From assembly GCA_965372795.1 (NCBI GenBank), contig CBDVDR010000012.1, forward strand, positions 32,001 to 96,000: 64,000 bases of DNA, read 5' to 3'. This document shows, piece after piece, positions 38,276-49,900 of this stretch (position 1 is the first letter of the stretch; every line of letters begins with the position of its first letter). The translations under genes and the position numbers were made by a program. The notes beneath the pieces were generated by a model that saw only the letters and a program-made list of their open reading frames with translations, was not told the DNA's origin and searched no databases. Source of the stretch: an uncultured bacterium (GTDB lineage: Bacteria > Zixibacteria > MSB-5A5 > GN15 > FEB-12).

Positions 38276-38599
38276 TTAAAGAATACCATCAATTTTTTGA
38301 GTTAATTGAGCTTTTGGAATAGCTCCCACTACCTGCTCCACCACTTCACCGTTCTTAAAGAAAAGCAGCGAAGGGATTGACATAATGTTGTACTTCCCAG
38401 CAGTTGCATTATTCGAGTCAACATCAAGTTTGGTAACTTTCACTTTATCACCATATTCTGAAGCAATTTCTTCAAGAATTGGGGCAATCATTTTACAGGG
38501 TCCACACCATGTAGCCCAGAAATCAACAATAACCGGTTTTTCAGATTGAAGAACTTCCTTTTCAAACGTGTCATCTGTTATGTTAATAGGTTGGCTCAT
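38276..38599 (-). CDS. trxA: Thioredoxin
   Basis: DFWATWCGPCK motif; 107 aa. Confidence 0.98.
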   Translation of the reverse strand: MSQPINITDDTFEKEVLQSEKPVIVDFWATWCGPCKMIAPILEEIASEYGDKVKVTKLDVDSNNATAGKYNIMSIPSLLFFKNGEVVEQVVGAIPKAQLTQKIDGIL

Positions 38600-38642
38600 A
38601 TTTCCTCCAATTTATAAAAATATTTTTCATTTCGAATATTAA

Positions 38643-38668
38643 TAACAATTCAGGGTGAAAACTGTTCC
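38643..38668 (-). promoter_or_regulatory. Putative ECF promoter for trxA
   Basis: GGAAC-N17-GTTA. Confidence 0.55.
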
Positions 38669-38827
38669 CAATTAGATAGAGAAATCACCACAACAATTGA
38701 ATTATAAAATTTAACAAACAGAAATCAACACATTTCCTCAACTATTTAACAGCTTTGCATATTTTTTTTCAATTCCTTGTCTTTTAAAAAGCAGCCTATA
38801 TATTATGCAGTTTAAAAGGATAAACAG

Positions 38828-39271
38828 ATGCGTATTCTATTACAGAGAGTTAAAAATTGTGAGGTTTGGATAGATGATAAGTTGTTTAGCCAAACCGAGT
38901 TTGGTTTGCTTCTTTTCCACGGCACCCATACTGAAGACAAAGAAGAATCCTGTGGAATATTGGCAGATAAAGCCGTAAATTTACGAATATTTGAGGATTC
39001 AGATGAAAAGATGAACCTTTCGGCACTTGATATTGGAGCTGAAATAATGATTGTATCTCAGTTTACTCTTTATGCGGATACACAGAAAGGCCGTCGTCCT
39101 TCTTTTGGAGATGCAATGCATCCGGAGAAGGCTGAAAAATTGTATCACCGTTTTATAGAGCTCGTTAAAGCATCGGAACTTAAGGTTTCGACAGGATCTT
39201 TTGGAGCAAAGATGGATATAAAATTGATAAACCACGGACCAGTGACCATACTGCTTGAACATGGCATTTGA
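38828..39271 (+). CDS. dtd: D-aminoacyl-tRNA deacylase
   Basis: LQRV, LRIFED, SQFTL, GRRPSF and NHGPVT motifs. Confidence 0.96.
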   Translation: MRILLQRVKNCEVWIDDKLFSQTEFGLLLFHGTHTEDKEESCGILADKAVNLRIFEDSDEKMNLSALDIGAEIMIVSQFTLYADTQKGRRPSFGDAMHPEKAEKLYHRFIELVKASELKVSTGSFGAKMDIKLINHGPVTILLEHGI

Positions 39272-39872
39272 AGACTTAAAGGCATTAGCCTCCAAGCATA
39301 AGATAGTCCTCGGTTCAGGTTCTCCTCGACGAGTTAAGTTATTAAACGAGATTGAGATCGAATTTACTCAGATCAAGCCTGAAATTGAAGAAAATCAAAA
39401 TAAAAACGAATTACCTTACGATTTTGCAGAAAGGCTGGCTTGTGAAAAAGCGATTGCTGTTTCTAATTTTCTCTCTGATTCAGAGATAGTTATTGGTTGT
39501 GACACAATTGTAGTGCTTGAAAATCAGGTTTTGGGCAAACCAATTGATGAACAGGAAGCTTTTAAAATTTTGTCGCTTCTTTCCGGGAAAATGCATACGG
39601 TTTGCACCGCAGTCGCTTTGGCGAAAAACGGTAATATTTTAAAAAGCGGTTTTGAGTTAACCGATGTTTATTTTAACCGTGTTTCTGAAAAAGAAATAAA
39701 AAAATATATAGCTTCCGGAGAGCCGTCAGATAAGGCCGGAGCCTACGGAATACAGGGAATGGGCGCCTTTTTAGTTGACAGAATCGATGGTAATTTAGAT
39801 AATGTGATTGGATTACCGCGCATGATTTTGTCGCGGATTGCCTCAGAAATTATAAAAAATTTAAACGAATAG
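39261..39872 (+). CDS. maf: Maf/YhdE nucleoside triphosphate pyrophosphatase
   Basis: LGSGSPRR, GCDTIV, LGKP, DKAGAYGIQG and NVIGLP motifs. Confidence 0.95.
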   Translation: MAFEDLKALASKHKIVLGSGSPRRVKLLNEIEIEFTQIKPEIEENQNKNELPYDFAERLACEKAIAVSNFLSDSEIVIGCDTIVVLENQVLGKPIDEQEAFKILSLLSGKMHTVCTAVALAKNGNILKSGFELTDVYFNRVSEKEIKKYIASGEPSDKAGAYGIQGMGAFLVDRIDGNLDNVIGLPRMILSRIASEIIKNLNE

Positions 39873-39879
39873 CAGGTAC

Positions 39880-40815
39880 ATGAGCGAAACACAAATCAAA
39901 CTTGGTGAGTTAATTCGACTGGAACGGGAACGTCAGGGAATTTCAATAGAGGATTTTTCAACCCAGTTAAAAATAAGCATGAGTAATCTGGAATGTATTG
40001 AATCCGGACGATCTGACACCCTGCCCTCAGAATTATACTTTAATCTTTTTTCAAAATCATGCTGTGAAGCCCTTGGAATTGATTATTCCCGTACTGTAGA
40101 TGCAATTAAATCTGAAATAGAAGAGACAGAGCTGACAAATAATGACGCTCAGTCCTCAAAATCCAATAATAAAAAAAATAAATCAAAAAAATCAGATGAT
40201 GACAACGGAACTGACTCAAAACTATTAAAGAAATTGATATATCTTTTTGCCGGTATAATTGTAGTATTTGCCATTTACCTGACAACGGTTAAGTTATTTT
40301 TTGATAGCGGCACACCAATAACTGATTCTGAGGGAGGCATTTCTTCTGAAAATTCCTCTGATCTTTCAAGTGAAAGCAGCAAAACCGCTAAATATGGTAA
40401 TTATGATTGGAATGTTCCTGAGTATTCTCCACCCGGACCTCTCAAATTAAGATTAGTTGCCCGTGAAGCAAGTTGGGCAACAATAATGGCAGATGGTGAC
40501 ACAGCGATATTTCGCAGTCTAAAACCGGGCAGAATATATGATGTGGAAGCGAAGCATAGACTTCGGATCTCGGTAGGTATCCCCCGAGTGGTTGACATTC
40601 AGCTAAATGGAAAGTATGTTGATCTGGTCAACCCGGAAACGAAAAGAATATCGAGAGTGAAAATTAACCAGATGAATCTAAAATCTTTTCTTGTAGATAA
40701 ACAGGAATCTGCTTCAACTATAACCAAAACTATTGAACAATCTCAAACCGAACCTGAGAGAATTGCCAACCCTGATAGTACAAATGAAAGCGATGAAGTT
40801 GTTCAGGGAGAATAG
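39880..40815 (+). CDS. RodZ-like HTH/TM/DUF4115 protein
   Basis: N-terminal HTH, TM segment, SWATIMADG...LNGK C-domain. Confidence 0.8.
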   Translation: MSETQIKLGELIRLERERQGISIEDFSTQLKISMSNLECIESGRSDTLPSELYFNLFSKSCCEALGIDYSRTVDAIKSEIEETELTNNDAQSSKSNNKKNKSKKSDDDNGTDSKLLKKLIYLFAGIIVVFAIYLTTVKLFFDSGTPITDSEGGISSENSSDLSSESSKTAKYGNYDWNVPEYSPPGPLKLRLVAREASWATIMADGDTAIFRSLKPGRIYDVEAKHRLRISVGIPRVVDIQLNGKYVDLVNPETKRISRVKINQMNLKSFLVDKQESASTITKTIEQSQTEPERIANPDSTNESDEVVQGE

Positions 40816-41367
40816 ATGAAGATAAAAAGTTTAGTTGCAGGGATCAAATTGTCCCGGATGAAGAAACGGATTGATCCGGTTTTATTTGATTTTCCAAAAG
40901 CACTTAATAAACCGAATAATATTCTGGTCTGCCTGCCAAAGGGATTAAGGGAATTAACCGTTGTAAAACAGTTTCTCCCTACTATTACCGAAATGTTCAA
41001 GAATGCCAAGGTCACTTTAATATCGACCCCGGGAATTAAGGTCACAGATATTTATCCCCGGAAAGGATTTAATATCCTCTCCCCTACTTCGGATCAGCTA
41101 ACCTGGTCAGGACTTCCCAAAAAAAGTTATATAAGTAATTTGCAGGATAATAAATTTGATATGGTTATAGATTTAAACTTTGAGGAATCATCATTCGTCT
41201 CCGGCATTCTGCTTGGTTTTCCCAAAGCCTTAAGAGTCGGCAAAGGCAATCACCTTGGCGAACCATATTATAATTTGGAAATAAAGACAAAGTTTTTACG
41301 AGATGAACGTAATATTTATCGTTCGTTATTTGAAACTTTGGGGGCTTTGAAGAATAAAAATAATTGA
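40816..41367 (+). CDS. Hypothetical protein (glycosyltransferase-like Rossmann half-domain)
   Basis: FDMVIDLN and RVG motifs; tightly coupled to its neighbours. Confidence 0.55.
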   Translation: MKIKSLVAGIKLSRMKKRIDPVLFDFPKALNKPNNILVCLPKGLRELTVVKQFLPTITEMFKNAKVTLISTPGIKVTDIYPRKGFNILSPTSDQLTWSGLPKKSYISNLQDNKFDMVIDLNFEESSFVSGILLGFPKALRVGKGNHLGEPYYNLEIKTKFLRDERNIYRSLFETLGALKNKNN

Positions 41368-41408
41368 TACAGTAGTATGCTGACATCTGGGACTAATTTG
41401 GAGGAAAA

Positions 41409-44400
41409 GTGTATTTAAAACGACTTGAGATATTAGGGTTCAAATCCTTTGCAAATAAAACAACCGTTAAATTTTCCAATGGCATAACGGCGATTGTTGG
41501 ACCAAACGGCTGCGGAAAGACAAATATTCTTGATGCGCTTCGCTGGGTTTTAGGCGAACAAAAGGTTTCTCTTTTACGCGGCAGTAAGATGGAAGAAATC
41601 ATTTTTAATGGCACTCGTGACTTAAAACCGCTGGGAATGTCAGAAGTTACTCTTTCTTTGGTTAATGATCGGGGAGTTTTACCAACTGAATATACTGAAG
41701 TACAAATAACCCGTCGCCTTTTCCGCAGTGGTGAATCTGAATACCTACTGAACAAAATCCCCTGCCGACTTAAAGATATTACCGAACTGTTTTTTGATAC
41801 CGGATTAGGACCACATTCTTATTCAGTCATCCAGCAGGATATGATTGATGCGGTCATATCTGACAAAGCTGAAGAACGAAGATTCCTTTTTGAAGAAGCA
41901 GCCGGAATCACCAAATATAAACAGCGCAAAAAAGCAGCGATGCGAAAACTTGAAGCAACCGAACAGGATCTATTGCGCCTTCGGGATATTCATTCGGAAG
42001 TTAAGACTCGGGTCAACTCATTAAACAGGCAATACAAAAAGGCTGAGCGTTATCAGTTAATTAAAGAAGATATAAAAAACTGGGAGATTTATCTCTCCGG
42101 GAAACAAATTCGAACTATCGAACAGGAACGGCGTGAAATTCGTTCTAAGATTGATGAGTTATCTAATATTATCGTTGATCGTGATACCGGCATCAACAGA
42201 CTATCGGCAGAACTTGAGGCAGAACGAAAAAGTCAAATAGATTTAGAACACGAACTTAATGAGATCAGCTCAACGGTTTATTCAATAACTGAACAAGCCC
42301 ATGACATTGAAAAACAAATTTCAATTAATCAGGAAAAATCAGCCAACTCAAAATCACTTATTGAGCGGGACACCAATGATATCGAAGCATTGGTAAATCG
42401 TTCCAAAATTTTGAAAGAGCAAATTACCGAATCTCATACTGAGAATGAAAAGAACCAGCAGGAGTATTCTGGAATAATTACTCAGCTTCGTGATGCTGAA
42501 CTTAAGCAGGATGAAGCTGACAAAAAATTATTGCTTAGTCGAAATCAAAAAGATACAGAAAACCAAAAACTGATTGAACTTGAAGGTAAAATTTCTTCCG
42601 GTATAACTGAAGATGATGGTCTAAAGAAACAAGAAGATGAGTTTAATACTCAAATTGAAAGTCTTAACGTTCAATTAAGTGAAAACACGACTTCCCAATT
42701 AGATTTGAGAAGTAAGCAGGATGAATCGAAACAAAGCCTTAGCAAGAAAAATGCTGTTAAATATAAAGCCGAAGAAACTCGTCAGACTTTAACAGTAGAG
42801 CTTGAATCCTTAGTTGAGCAAAATGAAGAGCTTAATGAAGAAATTTCAAGTTTGAGTGCATCTATTGAAGCTTGTCAGGCTCGTAAAGATCTTCTTGAAG
42901 AGATGATACTTCAATTTGAAGGATACGAATCAGGGCTTGTGGCGGCGATGGAAGTCAAAGAACGCTGGCCCGGTATTGCCGGAACTGTTGCCGATAATTT
43001 TGTGCCGGTTGAAGGTATGGAAGTCGCTTTGGAAGCTGCTCTGGGAGAGATATCCGGCTTTATGATCTGCAAAGAGCGTACAACCGCTGAACAGATAGTC
43101 AGCTATTTAAAAGCCGAGAAAAAAGGCAAGATTGGAATCTTAGTTGAAGATTCAGGAACCCTTAATCCACTGGTAAAACGTCCGGAACTTGATATGCCGG
43201 AATTTATAGGCTGGCTGGATAACTTTGTCTCGACCGAAGAAAATTTAAAACATATGAAGCAGGCTGTCCTTTCCCATATCGCTGTTTTTAAAGAAGGACA
43301 CTCACCGCAGGAAATTTTAACCCATCTCCCCTATGGATTTAAAGCTGTCTCAACATGTGGCGATGTATACAGCCGGAATGTGATTACCGGCGGCTCAGAT
43401 GATAGTCTTCCATTATTTAGAAGAAAAGAAAAAGTTGCTGATGAACAGCAGATGATTGAAGATATCACAGTCAAACTTGAACATTCACGGGAAGAGAAGA
43501 ATCGAGTTAATGCCCGGATTGCCGAAGCACGAGCCGAGTCAGCTGAAGTGGTTCAGAGAATAGAATCTATAACTGAAGAAATCAATGCAAATCAAAAAGA
43601 ACATGACAATATAAGCTACAATTTGCGTACGGCAGAAACTGAATCACAACGTATTCAGAAAGAAATTCAATTCCAAAAAGGGCGTGTTGAAAAAATAAAA
43701 TCACGCCAGTATTCACTGGGGCTTGATTTTGATCAGTTGAAAGATTTAAAAGAAAATCTTCTGAATAACATGACTCAAGCTGGTGAACAGTTAGACAGCC
43801 TTGAAAACAATGCTCATAATTCTTCATCGCTGGTCTCCTCTCTCCAGATTAAAATTGTTGAGACTCAGAGCAAAATTGATCAGATCGAGAATAAGATAAC
43901 TCATCAACAGGAACTTCAAGCTGACATAGCAAACACGATTAGGACAAAACAGGAAGAAATAGAACGGGCTCACACTGAGGCTCGTAGTGCAGTAGAAAAA
44001 AACCATACTCTTGAAATTGAGCTTAAATCGGTTTTCGAAAAGCGAGAAGTATTAACAAACGGCCAGACAGAATTGAAAACCAAACAGTCGGATATTCAAC
44101 AACATGCTTCTGCCAAAGAAGACACATTGAAGCGACTGCGTTCAGAAAAAGATGAATCAAGCAATAAACACCATGAGTTTGACATTCGCTTAAATACAAT
44201 TGAATCTGAAGTAAATGTAACTGCGGAGAAGATACAGGAAGAATATGAACTCGATATTCGATCTCTTGAAACAGCCTGCCCAAATGAAGAGATGTCCGAT
44301 GTGGAAGCCCGTACTCATCTGAATGATCAAAAAGAAAAGCTTAGAAAATTCGGAGCTGTTAATCTGCTTGCCCTGGAAGAATACGATGAAGCCGCCGAAC

Positions 44401-45119
44401 GTGAGAAATTCCTTGATGAACATCTGACCGATTTAACGACCGCAAAGAATGATCTTGAAACAACAATCGGTAAAATCAATATAACTGCCCGTCAATTATT
44501 CATTGAAACATTTGCCAAAGTACAAGAGAACTTTAAAAAGCTTTTCATTGAGCTATTTAGCGGCGGTGAGGCAAGCTTGAAGCTTGAAGACCCCAATAAC
44601 CCGCTGGAATCAAATATTGAAATCATCGCCCGTCCCCGCGGAAAAAAACTATTGTCAATTACTATGCTTTCCGGCGGAGAAAGAGCGTTGACAGCAATTT
44701 CATTGTTATTCTCTCTATATCTTGTAAAACCTTCGCCATATTGTATTCTTGATGAAATAGATGCTCCGCTTGATGATGCTAACTGTCACAGATTCCTGAA
44801 AATGATTGCTTCATTCTCGGGGCAGACACAGTTTATCACGATTACCCATAACAAGATCACGATGGAAGCTGCCAACAATCTTTACGGTGTCACAATGGAA
44901 CAGCCAGGGATATCTAAACTTGTAGGAGTGAAATTTAACGAAGCTCCTGCTGATCAGGATTCAGTAGAAATTGTAATAACTTCTGATAGATCAGATGATG
45001 AGAACGAGTCAATGAAAATCAGTTCAACTCCCGATGAAATCGAACTTCCGGATGCTGTTGTCAGCAGAATTTCTTCCAACATCAATACCGGCGATGATGA
45101 ACTTCCAGAGCAGAACTGA
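41409..45119 (+). CDS. smc: Chromosome segregation protein SMC
   Basis: GFKSF, GPNGCGKTN, coiled coils with hinge, LSGGE and LDEIDAPLD motifs. Confidence 0.97.
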   Translation: MYLKRLEILGFKSFANKTTVKFSNGITAIVGPNGCGKTNILDALRWVLGEQKVSLLRGSKMEEIIFNGTRDLKPLGMSEVTLSLVNDRGVLPTEYTEVQITRRLFRSGESEYLLNKIPCRLKDITELFFDTGLGPHSYSVIQQDMIDAVISDKAEERRFLFEEAAGITKYKQRKKAAMRKLEATEQDLLRLRDIHSEVKTRVNSLNRQYKKAERYQLIKEDIKNWEIYLSGKQIRTIEQERREIRSKIDELSNIIVDRDTGINRLSAELEAERKSQIDLEHELNEISSTVYSITEQAHDIEKQISINQEKSANSKSLIERDTNDIEALVNRSKILKEQITESHTENEKNQQEYSGIITQLRDAELKQDEADKKLLLSRNQKDTENQKLIELEGKISSGITEDDGLKKQEDEFNTQIESLNVQLSENTTSQLDLRSKQDESKQSLSKKNAVKYKAEETRQTLTVELESLVEQNEELNEEISSLSASIEACQARKDLLEEMILQFEGYESGLVAAMEVKERWPGIAGTVADNFVPVEGMEVALEAALGEISGFMICKERTTAEQIVSYLKAEKKGKIGILVEDSGTLNPLVKRPELDMPEFIGWLDNFVSTEENLKHMKQAVLSHIAVFKEGHSPQEILTHLPYGFKAVSTCGDVYSRNVITGGSDDSLPLFRRKEKVADEQQMIEDITVKLEHSREEKNRVNARIAEARAESAEVVQRIESITEEINANQKEHDNISYNLRTAETESQRIQKEIQFQKGRVEKIKSRQYSLGLDFDQLKDLKENLLNNMTQAGEQLDSLENNAHNSSSLVSSLQIKIVETQSKIDQIENKITHQQELQADIANTIRTKQEEIERAHTEARSAVEKNHTLEIELKSVFEKREVLTNGQTELKTKQSDIQQHASAKEDTLKRLRSEKDESSNKHHEFDIRLNTIESEVNVTAEKIQEEYELDIRSLETACPNEEMSDVEARTHLNDQKEKLRKFGAVNLLALEEYDEAAEREKFLDEHLTDLTTAKNDLETTIGKINITARQLFIETFAKVQENFKKLFIELFSGGEASLKLEDPNNPLESNIEIIARPRGKKLLSITMLSGGERALTAISLLFSLYLVKPSPYCILDEIDAPLDDANCHRFLKMIASFSGQTQFITITHNKITMEAANNLYGVTMEQPGISKLVGVKFNEAPADQDSVEIVITSDRSDDENESMKISSTPDEIELPDAVVSRISSNINTGDDELPEQN

Positions 45120-45124
45120 CGCTG

Positions 45125-46036
45125 ATGTTTGGAGCATTTGAAAAACTTAAGAATTCTCTTTCAAAAACTAAAGAGAATATACTCGGCAAAGTCAGCAAAT
45201 TAGTTTTACGCCGTAAGCTTGATGACGACCTTCTTGAAGAAATAGAAGAAATTCTGATTGAAGCTGATATCGGTGTAAAAGCAACAATGCGAATCATTGA
45301 AAGTCTTTCCATAAGAGCTCGTGAAGAAAAAAAGACCGAAGGCGAAGAAGTTCTTGTGCTATTAAAAGATGAAATTTCTAAAATTCTAATTAATAAAGAA
45401 GTCAAGCATCACGAGAACGAAAACAACAAACCGGAAATTTGGCTAATTGTCGGTGTTAATGGAGTTGGTAAGACAACAACCATTGGCAAACTTGCCATGC
45501 ACCTTTCAGCTCAAGGTAAAAAAGTTGTTATCGCCGCTTGTGATACGTTTCGTGCGGCTGCAATTGATCAGATTTCGATTTGGGCTGAGCGAAGTAATGT
45601 TGATATAATTAAATCACAGGAGGGTTCTGACCCCTCGGCAGTTGCCTTTGATGCTTCCAAGGCGGCGGTTGCTCGCGGCATTGATATTTTGCTGATTGAC
45701 ACAGCCGGCCGATTGCATACAAAATCTAATTTGATGGAAGAATTAAAAAAAATTAAGCGGGTTGTTCAAAAAGCCGCCCCTGACTCCCCGGTTTACAGCA
45801 AATTGATTATAGACGGCTCTACCGGACAAAATGCTCTTAATCAGGTTAAAGTATTTACAGATGCGGTTGGATGCGAAGGTTTGATTATCACCAAGTTGGA
45901 TGGTACAGCCAAAGGCGGAGTTCTACTGGCTATCTCTGAAGAACTTGATGTGCCGGTTGATTTTATTGGCATCGGAGAAGGTGTCAACGATTTACAAAAA
46001 TTTGATCCAAAACAGTTTGCGGATGCTTTATTTTAG
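45125..46036 (+). CDS. ftsY: SRP receptor FtsY
   Basis: GVNGVGKTTT, DTFRAAA, DTAGR and TKLDGTAKGG motifs. Confidence 0.97.
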   Translation: MFGAFEKLKNSLSKTKENILGKVSKLVLRRKLDDDLLEEIEEILIEADIGVKATMRIIESLSIRAREEKKTEGEEVLVLLKDEISKILINKEVKHHENENNKPEIWLIVGVNGVGKTTTIGKLAMHLSAQGKKVVIAACDTFRAAAIDQISIWAERSNVDIIKSQEGSDPSAVAFDASKAAVARGIDILLIDTAGRLHTKSNLMEELKKIKRVVQKAAPDSPVYSKLIIDGSTGQNALNQVKVFTDAVGCEGLIITKLDGTAKGGVLLAISEELDVPVDFIGIGEGVNDLQKFDPKQFADALF

Positions 46037-46039
46037 AAA

Positions 46040-46438
46040 ATGAATACAATTGAAGTTGCAACTCACAAACGTGAAGAACTGATTGACATAACGTCCCGAA
46101 TCCAAAATATTATAAGTAAAAGCAATTGTGATTCCGGGCAGGTGTTCTGTTTTGTCCCTCATACCACGGCAGCAATAACAATCAATGAAAACGCCGACCC
46201 TGATGTTCAGCGTGATATTATTTATAAACTGAATAAAGAGATTCCTCAAAGCGATGGCTACCATCATGGTGAAGGTAATTCCGATGCCCATATCAAAGCA
46301 TCATTATTCGGTTTTTCAGAACAAATTTTATTTGAAAATAAAAGGCTCATTTTAGGTACTTGGCAGGGAATTTATTTTTGTGAGTTTGACGGACCTAGAA
46401 ATAGAAAATTGATCGTAAAGGTTATCCCTTTTGCTTAA
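46040..46438 (+). CDS. yjbQ: YjbQ/UPF0047 family protein
   Basis: HTTAAITINENADPDV, NSDAHIK and LGTWQGIYFCEFDGPR motifs. Confidence 0.92.
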   Translation: MNTIEVATHKREELIDITSRIQNIISKSNCDSGQVFCFVPHTTAAITINENADPDVQRDIIYKLNKEIPQSDGYHHGEGNSDAHIKASLFGFSEQILFENKRLILGTWQGIYFCEFDGPRNRKLIVKVIPFA

Positions 46439-46901
46439 GATTCAAATAATATCAATCGGGAAACACAAGGATCAATGGGTTAAAGACAGTTGTGATCATT
46501 TTATAAAGCTTTTAAAAAAATATTCTCAAGTAGAACTAACTACTATAAATGCAAATAACATTGCCGCTACCCTTTCTGTATCGGAAAAAAAGGTACGCGA
46601 GAAGCATTTACTTAATAAAGAAATTAAATCCGGGTTATTGGTAGCTCTTACCGATAGAGGGCAACAATATGACAGCATTTCATTTTCCAAACAGTTAGAA
46701 AAATGGCAATCAATCAGTCATGGAAAAATTAATTTCATCATTGGGGGACCGTATGGACTTGCTGATGAGCTTTTAAAAACTTCCGATTTTCAATTATCGT
46801 TATCGCCCCTTACTTTCTCCCACCAACTGATCAGACCGGTCTTATTAGAACAGTTGTTTCGCGCTTTTTCAATTATTCAGGGAACTGATTACCACAAATA
46901 A
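46431..46901 (+). CDS. rlmH: 23S rRNA m3Psi1915 methyltransferase
   Basis: FIIGGPYG, SLSPLTFSHQL, LEQLFRA and YHK end. Confidence 0.95.
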   Translation: MLKIQIISIGKHKDQWVKDSCDHFIKLLKKYSQVELTTINANNIAATLSVSEKKVREKHLLNKEIKSGLLVALTDRGQQYDSISFSKQLEKWQSISHGKINFIIGGPYGLADELLKTSDFQLSLSPLTFSHQLIRPVLLEQLFRAFSIIQGTDYHK

Positions 46902-46961
46902 CGAAGCGTCTCATATAATTAATAGGAAACGCTTCAGAGGATAGATAAGGGAGGGATCTTT

Positions 46962-49900
46962 TTATTTAAGTAATAGCATCTTCTTGGTTTTACTAAAGTT
47001 GTCTGTTTTCAAACGATAGAGATAGACACCGGAAGCAACCTGTGAGCCGGTACTGTTGGTACCATCCCACTGGATCGAGACGACACCGGCATCAGCAGAC
47101 CCATCAAATTTTCTTACCAAGGCACCATTGATATTGTAAACTGTAATTGACCAGTCAGATGGTTTTGGAAGAGCAAAATCAATATTAGTAATCGGATTAA
47201 ACGGGTTAGGGTAGTTCTGATGCAATTCAAAAGCCGTCGGCAATGAGGTTCCTTTGAATACGGCATCAAATGGACGACCCTGATAATCAACGATTTCGAC
47301 TTCTACAAATTCTATTGAGCCTGATCCATTGAACGGAATTTCAAAAATGTCATTTTTACCGGCATCAATCCGGTTATTACCAATATCAAATAAAATCACC
47401 AGTAACTGATCATCTACCACATTATGCAACAACTGCATCCCTTCGGCACCTTCGGCAACCCGTGGCTGTTGAATATCTACATCGCCAATCAGGTCAAACT
47501 TAAAGAGAGCACCGCCAATACTTGAAGCAGCATCAGTCGTAACTGTTTTAACACCTTTTTCAACAACATCTGTTATAGCCAGATTCTCTTCATTCGGAAT
47601 AACTTTAGGAATCGGAAGAGCATCACCGACGATGATTCTAATAAGTAGAACCAGATCAGCAATTGTCAGAGTCAATCCATCAGCGTTTACATCTGTAGCA
47701 GCGACCTGCCCAACCGGATCAACTACAAAGACAGCCAGACCTCGAATAAAGTAGTTTGAAAATACAACAGCATCAGCAATTTCGTATGGAACTCTATTTA
47801 AGTTTACATCTCCCCTTGAGCTATACTCTTCAAGAGGTAAAATACAGATACCGCCATTATAATATTCTATACACCGTTCAGGGTTAGGTAGAGTTGAATT
47901 ATTCAAACAACCATTTGAACCACCCATACCAAAAGGACGACTCAATTCAGGGAAGTTTATGTCATCTTCCTCATCCCAAATCAAAATTCCTTCGGCATTA
48001 TAAATCTTATTATTAAAATATGTCACATCACCATTAAGGGATGTAAAGGTATTATTATTACAAGCATACGTGAAGAATTTGATTGGTAGGAATTGGTTGC
48101 TTAGATTTTGATCATTGGCTATTCTAAATGAAATATCAATCAATACATCTTGAGGTTTCAGAGATACATTTGGCGGGATAATTTCTCCGTCACCAAGACC
48201 AGCTATTCCTAAAAACTGAACTAAGCCAGACGGGCAAGCATTTCCACAACTTTCTTCGCCAAGTCGGAAAGAGAAATATTCCCATCCAGCGATATCACTA
48301 TTTGTAGTATCCGCTGACTGGAAAGACATGACTGTTTTATCATATTCAATCATTATATTAAAACTGGTTATATAGTCGTTGGATTCAATCTTTAAAGATA
48401 CATTATGAGCAACACCGACCCCATCGCACTCTCCGCCATCAATGGTCAAGCGGACACAAACATCACAGTCGCCTTTATCAACAACATTGACAAAGAAAGA
48501 TTTGGATATTGTTTTACAACCATCGGTTGATTCAAAACAGAACTCATAGTTACCAACTGTGTCCGGGCGGAAACAGACCTGACCAGTATCAGCATCTGTT
48601 AACTCCAGAGTCCCATCTCCGCAAGTCATTGTAATAAATGATTGTGATCTTGTATCAGTACTGAAAATGCCGTCAAAACATTTAAGAGTGGTATCCTGAG
48701 GACACCAGATAATGGTTGTATCGGCAGGCAGAGAAAGAATCGGGGCTTGATCATCAATAACATTCACGACCACATAACAGGTATCAGCACCGCATTGATT
48801 ATCAGCGATAATTTGAATTTCATAGAATCCGGCGGTGTCGACCGGGAAACAAATTTCATTGCCGTTATATACACCAAGGGGGCTAATTGAAATATCTAAA
48901 TCGGTTCCGGTGATAGTAATCGGTACGCAAATGGTTCCCAAAGTATCAATACAAACTAATGTATCAATCGGCGGGGCACATACAACCAGAGGTTTCACGG
49001 GAATATGAATATCAAGATCAAAGCTGCAGGTGTCCGTCTGACATTGTGTCAGAGCAACAACCTCAACCGAACGTAAGCCTTCTTCTATAATATAAAGTGC
49101 TAAAGTCTGACTGGCAGCGTCGTAAACACCATTATCAACCGTTACAATAGCATAATCAGGTTCTACAACAAAATTTTCAATATAGACAGTATCCGGTCCG
49201 CAGATGGTATCATAAACAATAGTTTGCGGGCAATTTATTGCGGCAAACCCACCAAGTTTATAATCTATTATAAGAGTATCAGAATATATTTCATTACAGG
49301 CATCAGTGACTGTTAGAATAATCGTATGCAGACCATAATCGTCCGGGGTAAAGAAATATTGGGTGCCTACTATAGAATCAACATTGGGCGAGGCAACTAC
49401 CGAAGTAATATTATTATCATTGTCATAAAGATTAAATGAGAATGATTTCTGAATCAAACCACATTCAGAGATAGAAATATCATCTCCCATAGATATGAAT
49501 GGCGATGAATTAAAATCAGTCATAATATTGAATGAACATTGTTCAATTCCACAAACACTATAAGCAGTCATGGAAATTTCCATGCTTCCTTGTGCCAGAA
49601 CGGGTACGTAAACTTTGCCATCCATCAGATAAGCAGGTTCGGTAACTTTGACCGAATCAACCAGCATTGAAGTTTGATAGTCAAAAGCTAAAGTATCAGG
49701 ACCGCATAAGAACAACGGACCAACATCTCCGGGACAAACAATTCTATCATCAATTGTTACAACAACAGTTGCATTAACGGTGACAGAATTACATTCGGCA
49801 TTAGCTGTTATTTCAATATTATAAGTACCGGCGGTATCAGCATCAAAGCAGACTTCCCCGTTACTATATGTACCATAGTTTATAATCAACTCATCGTAAA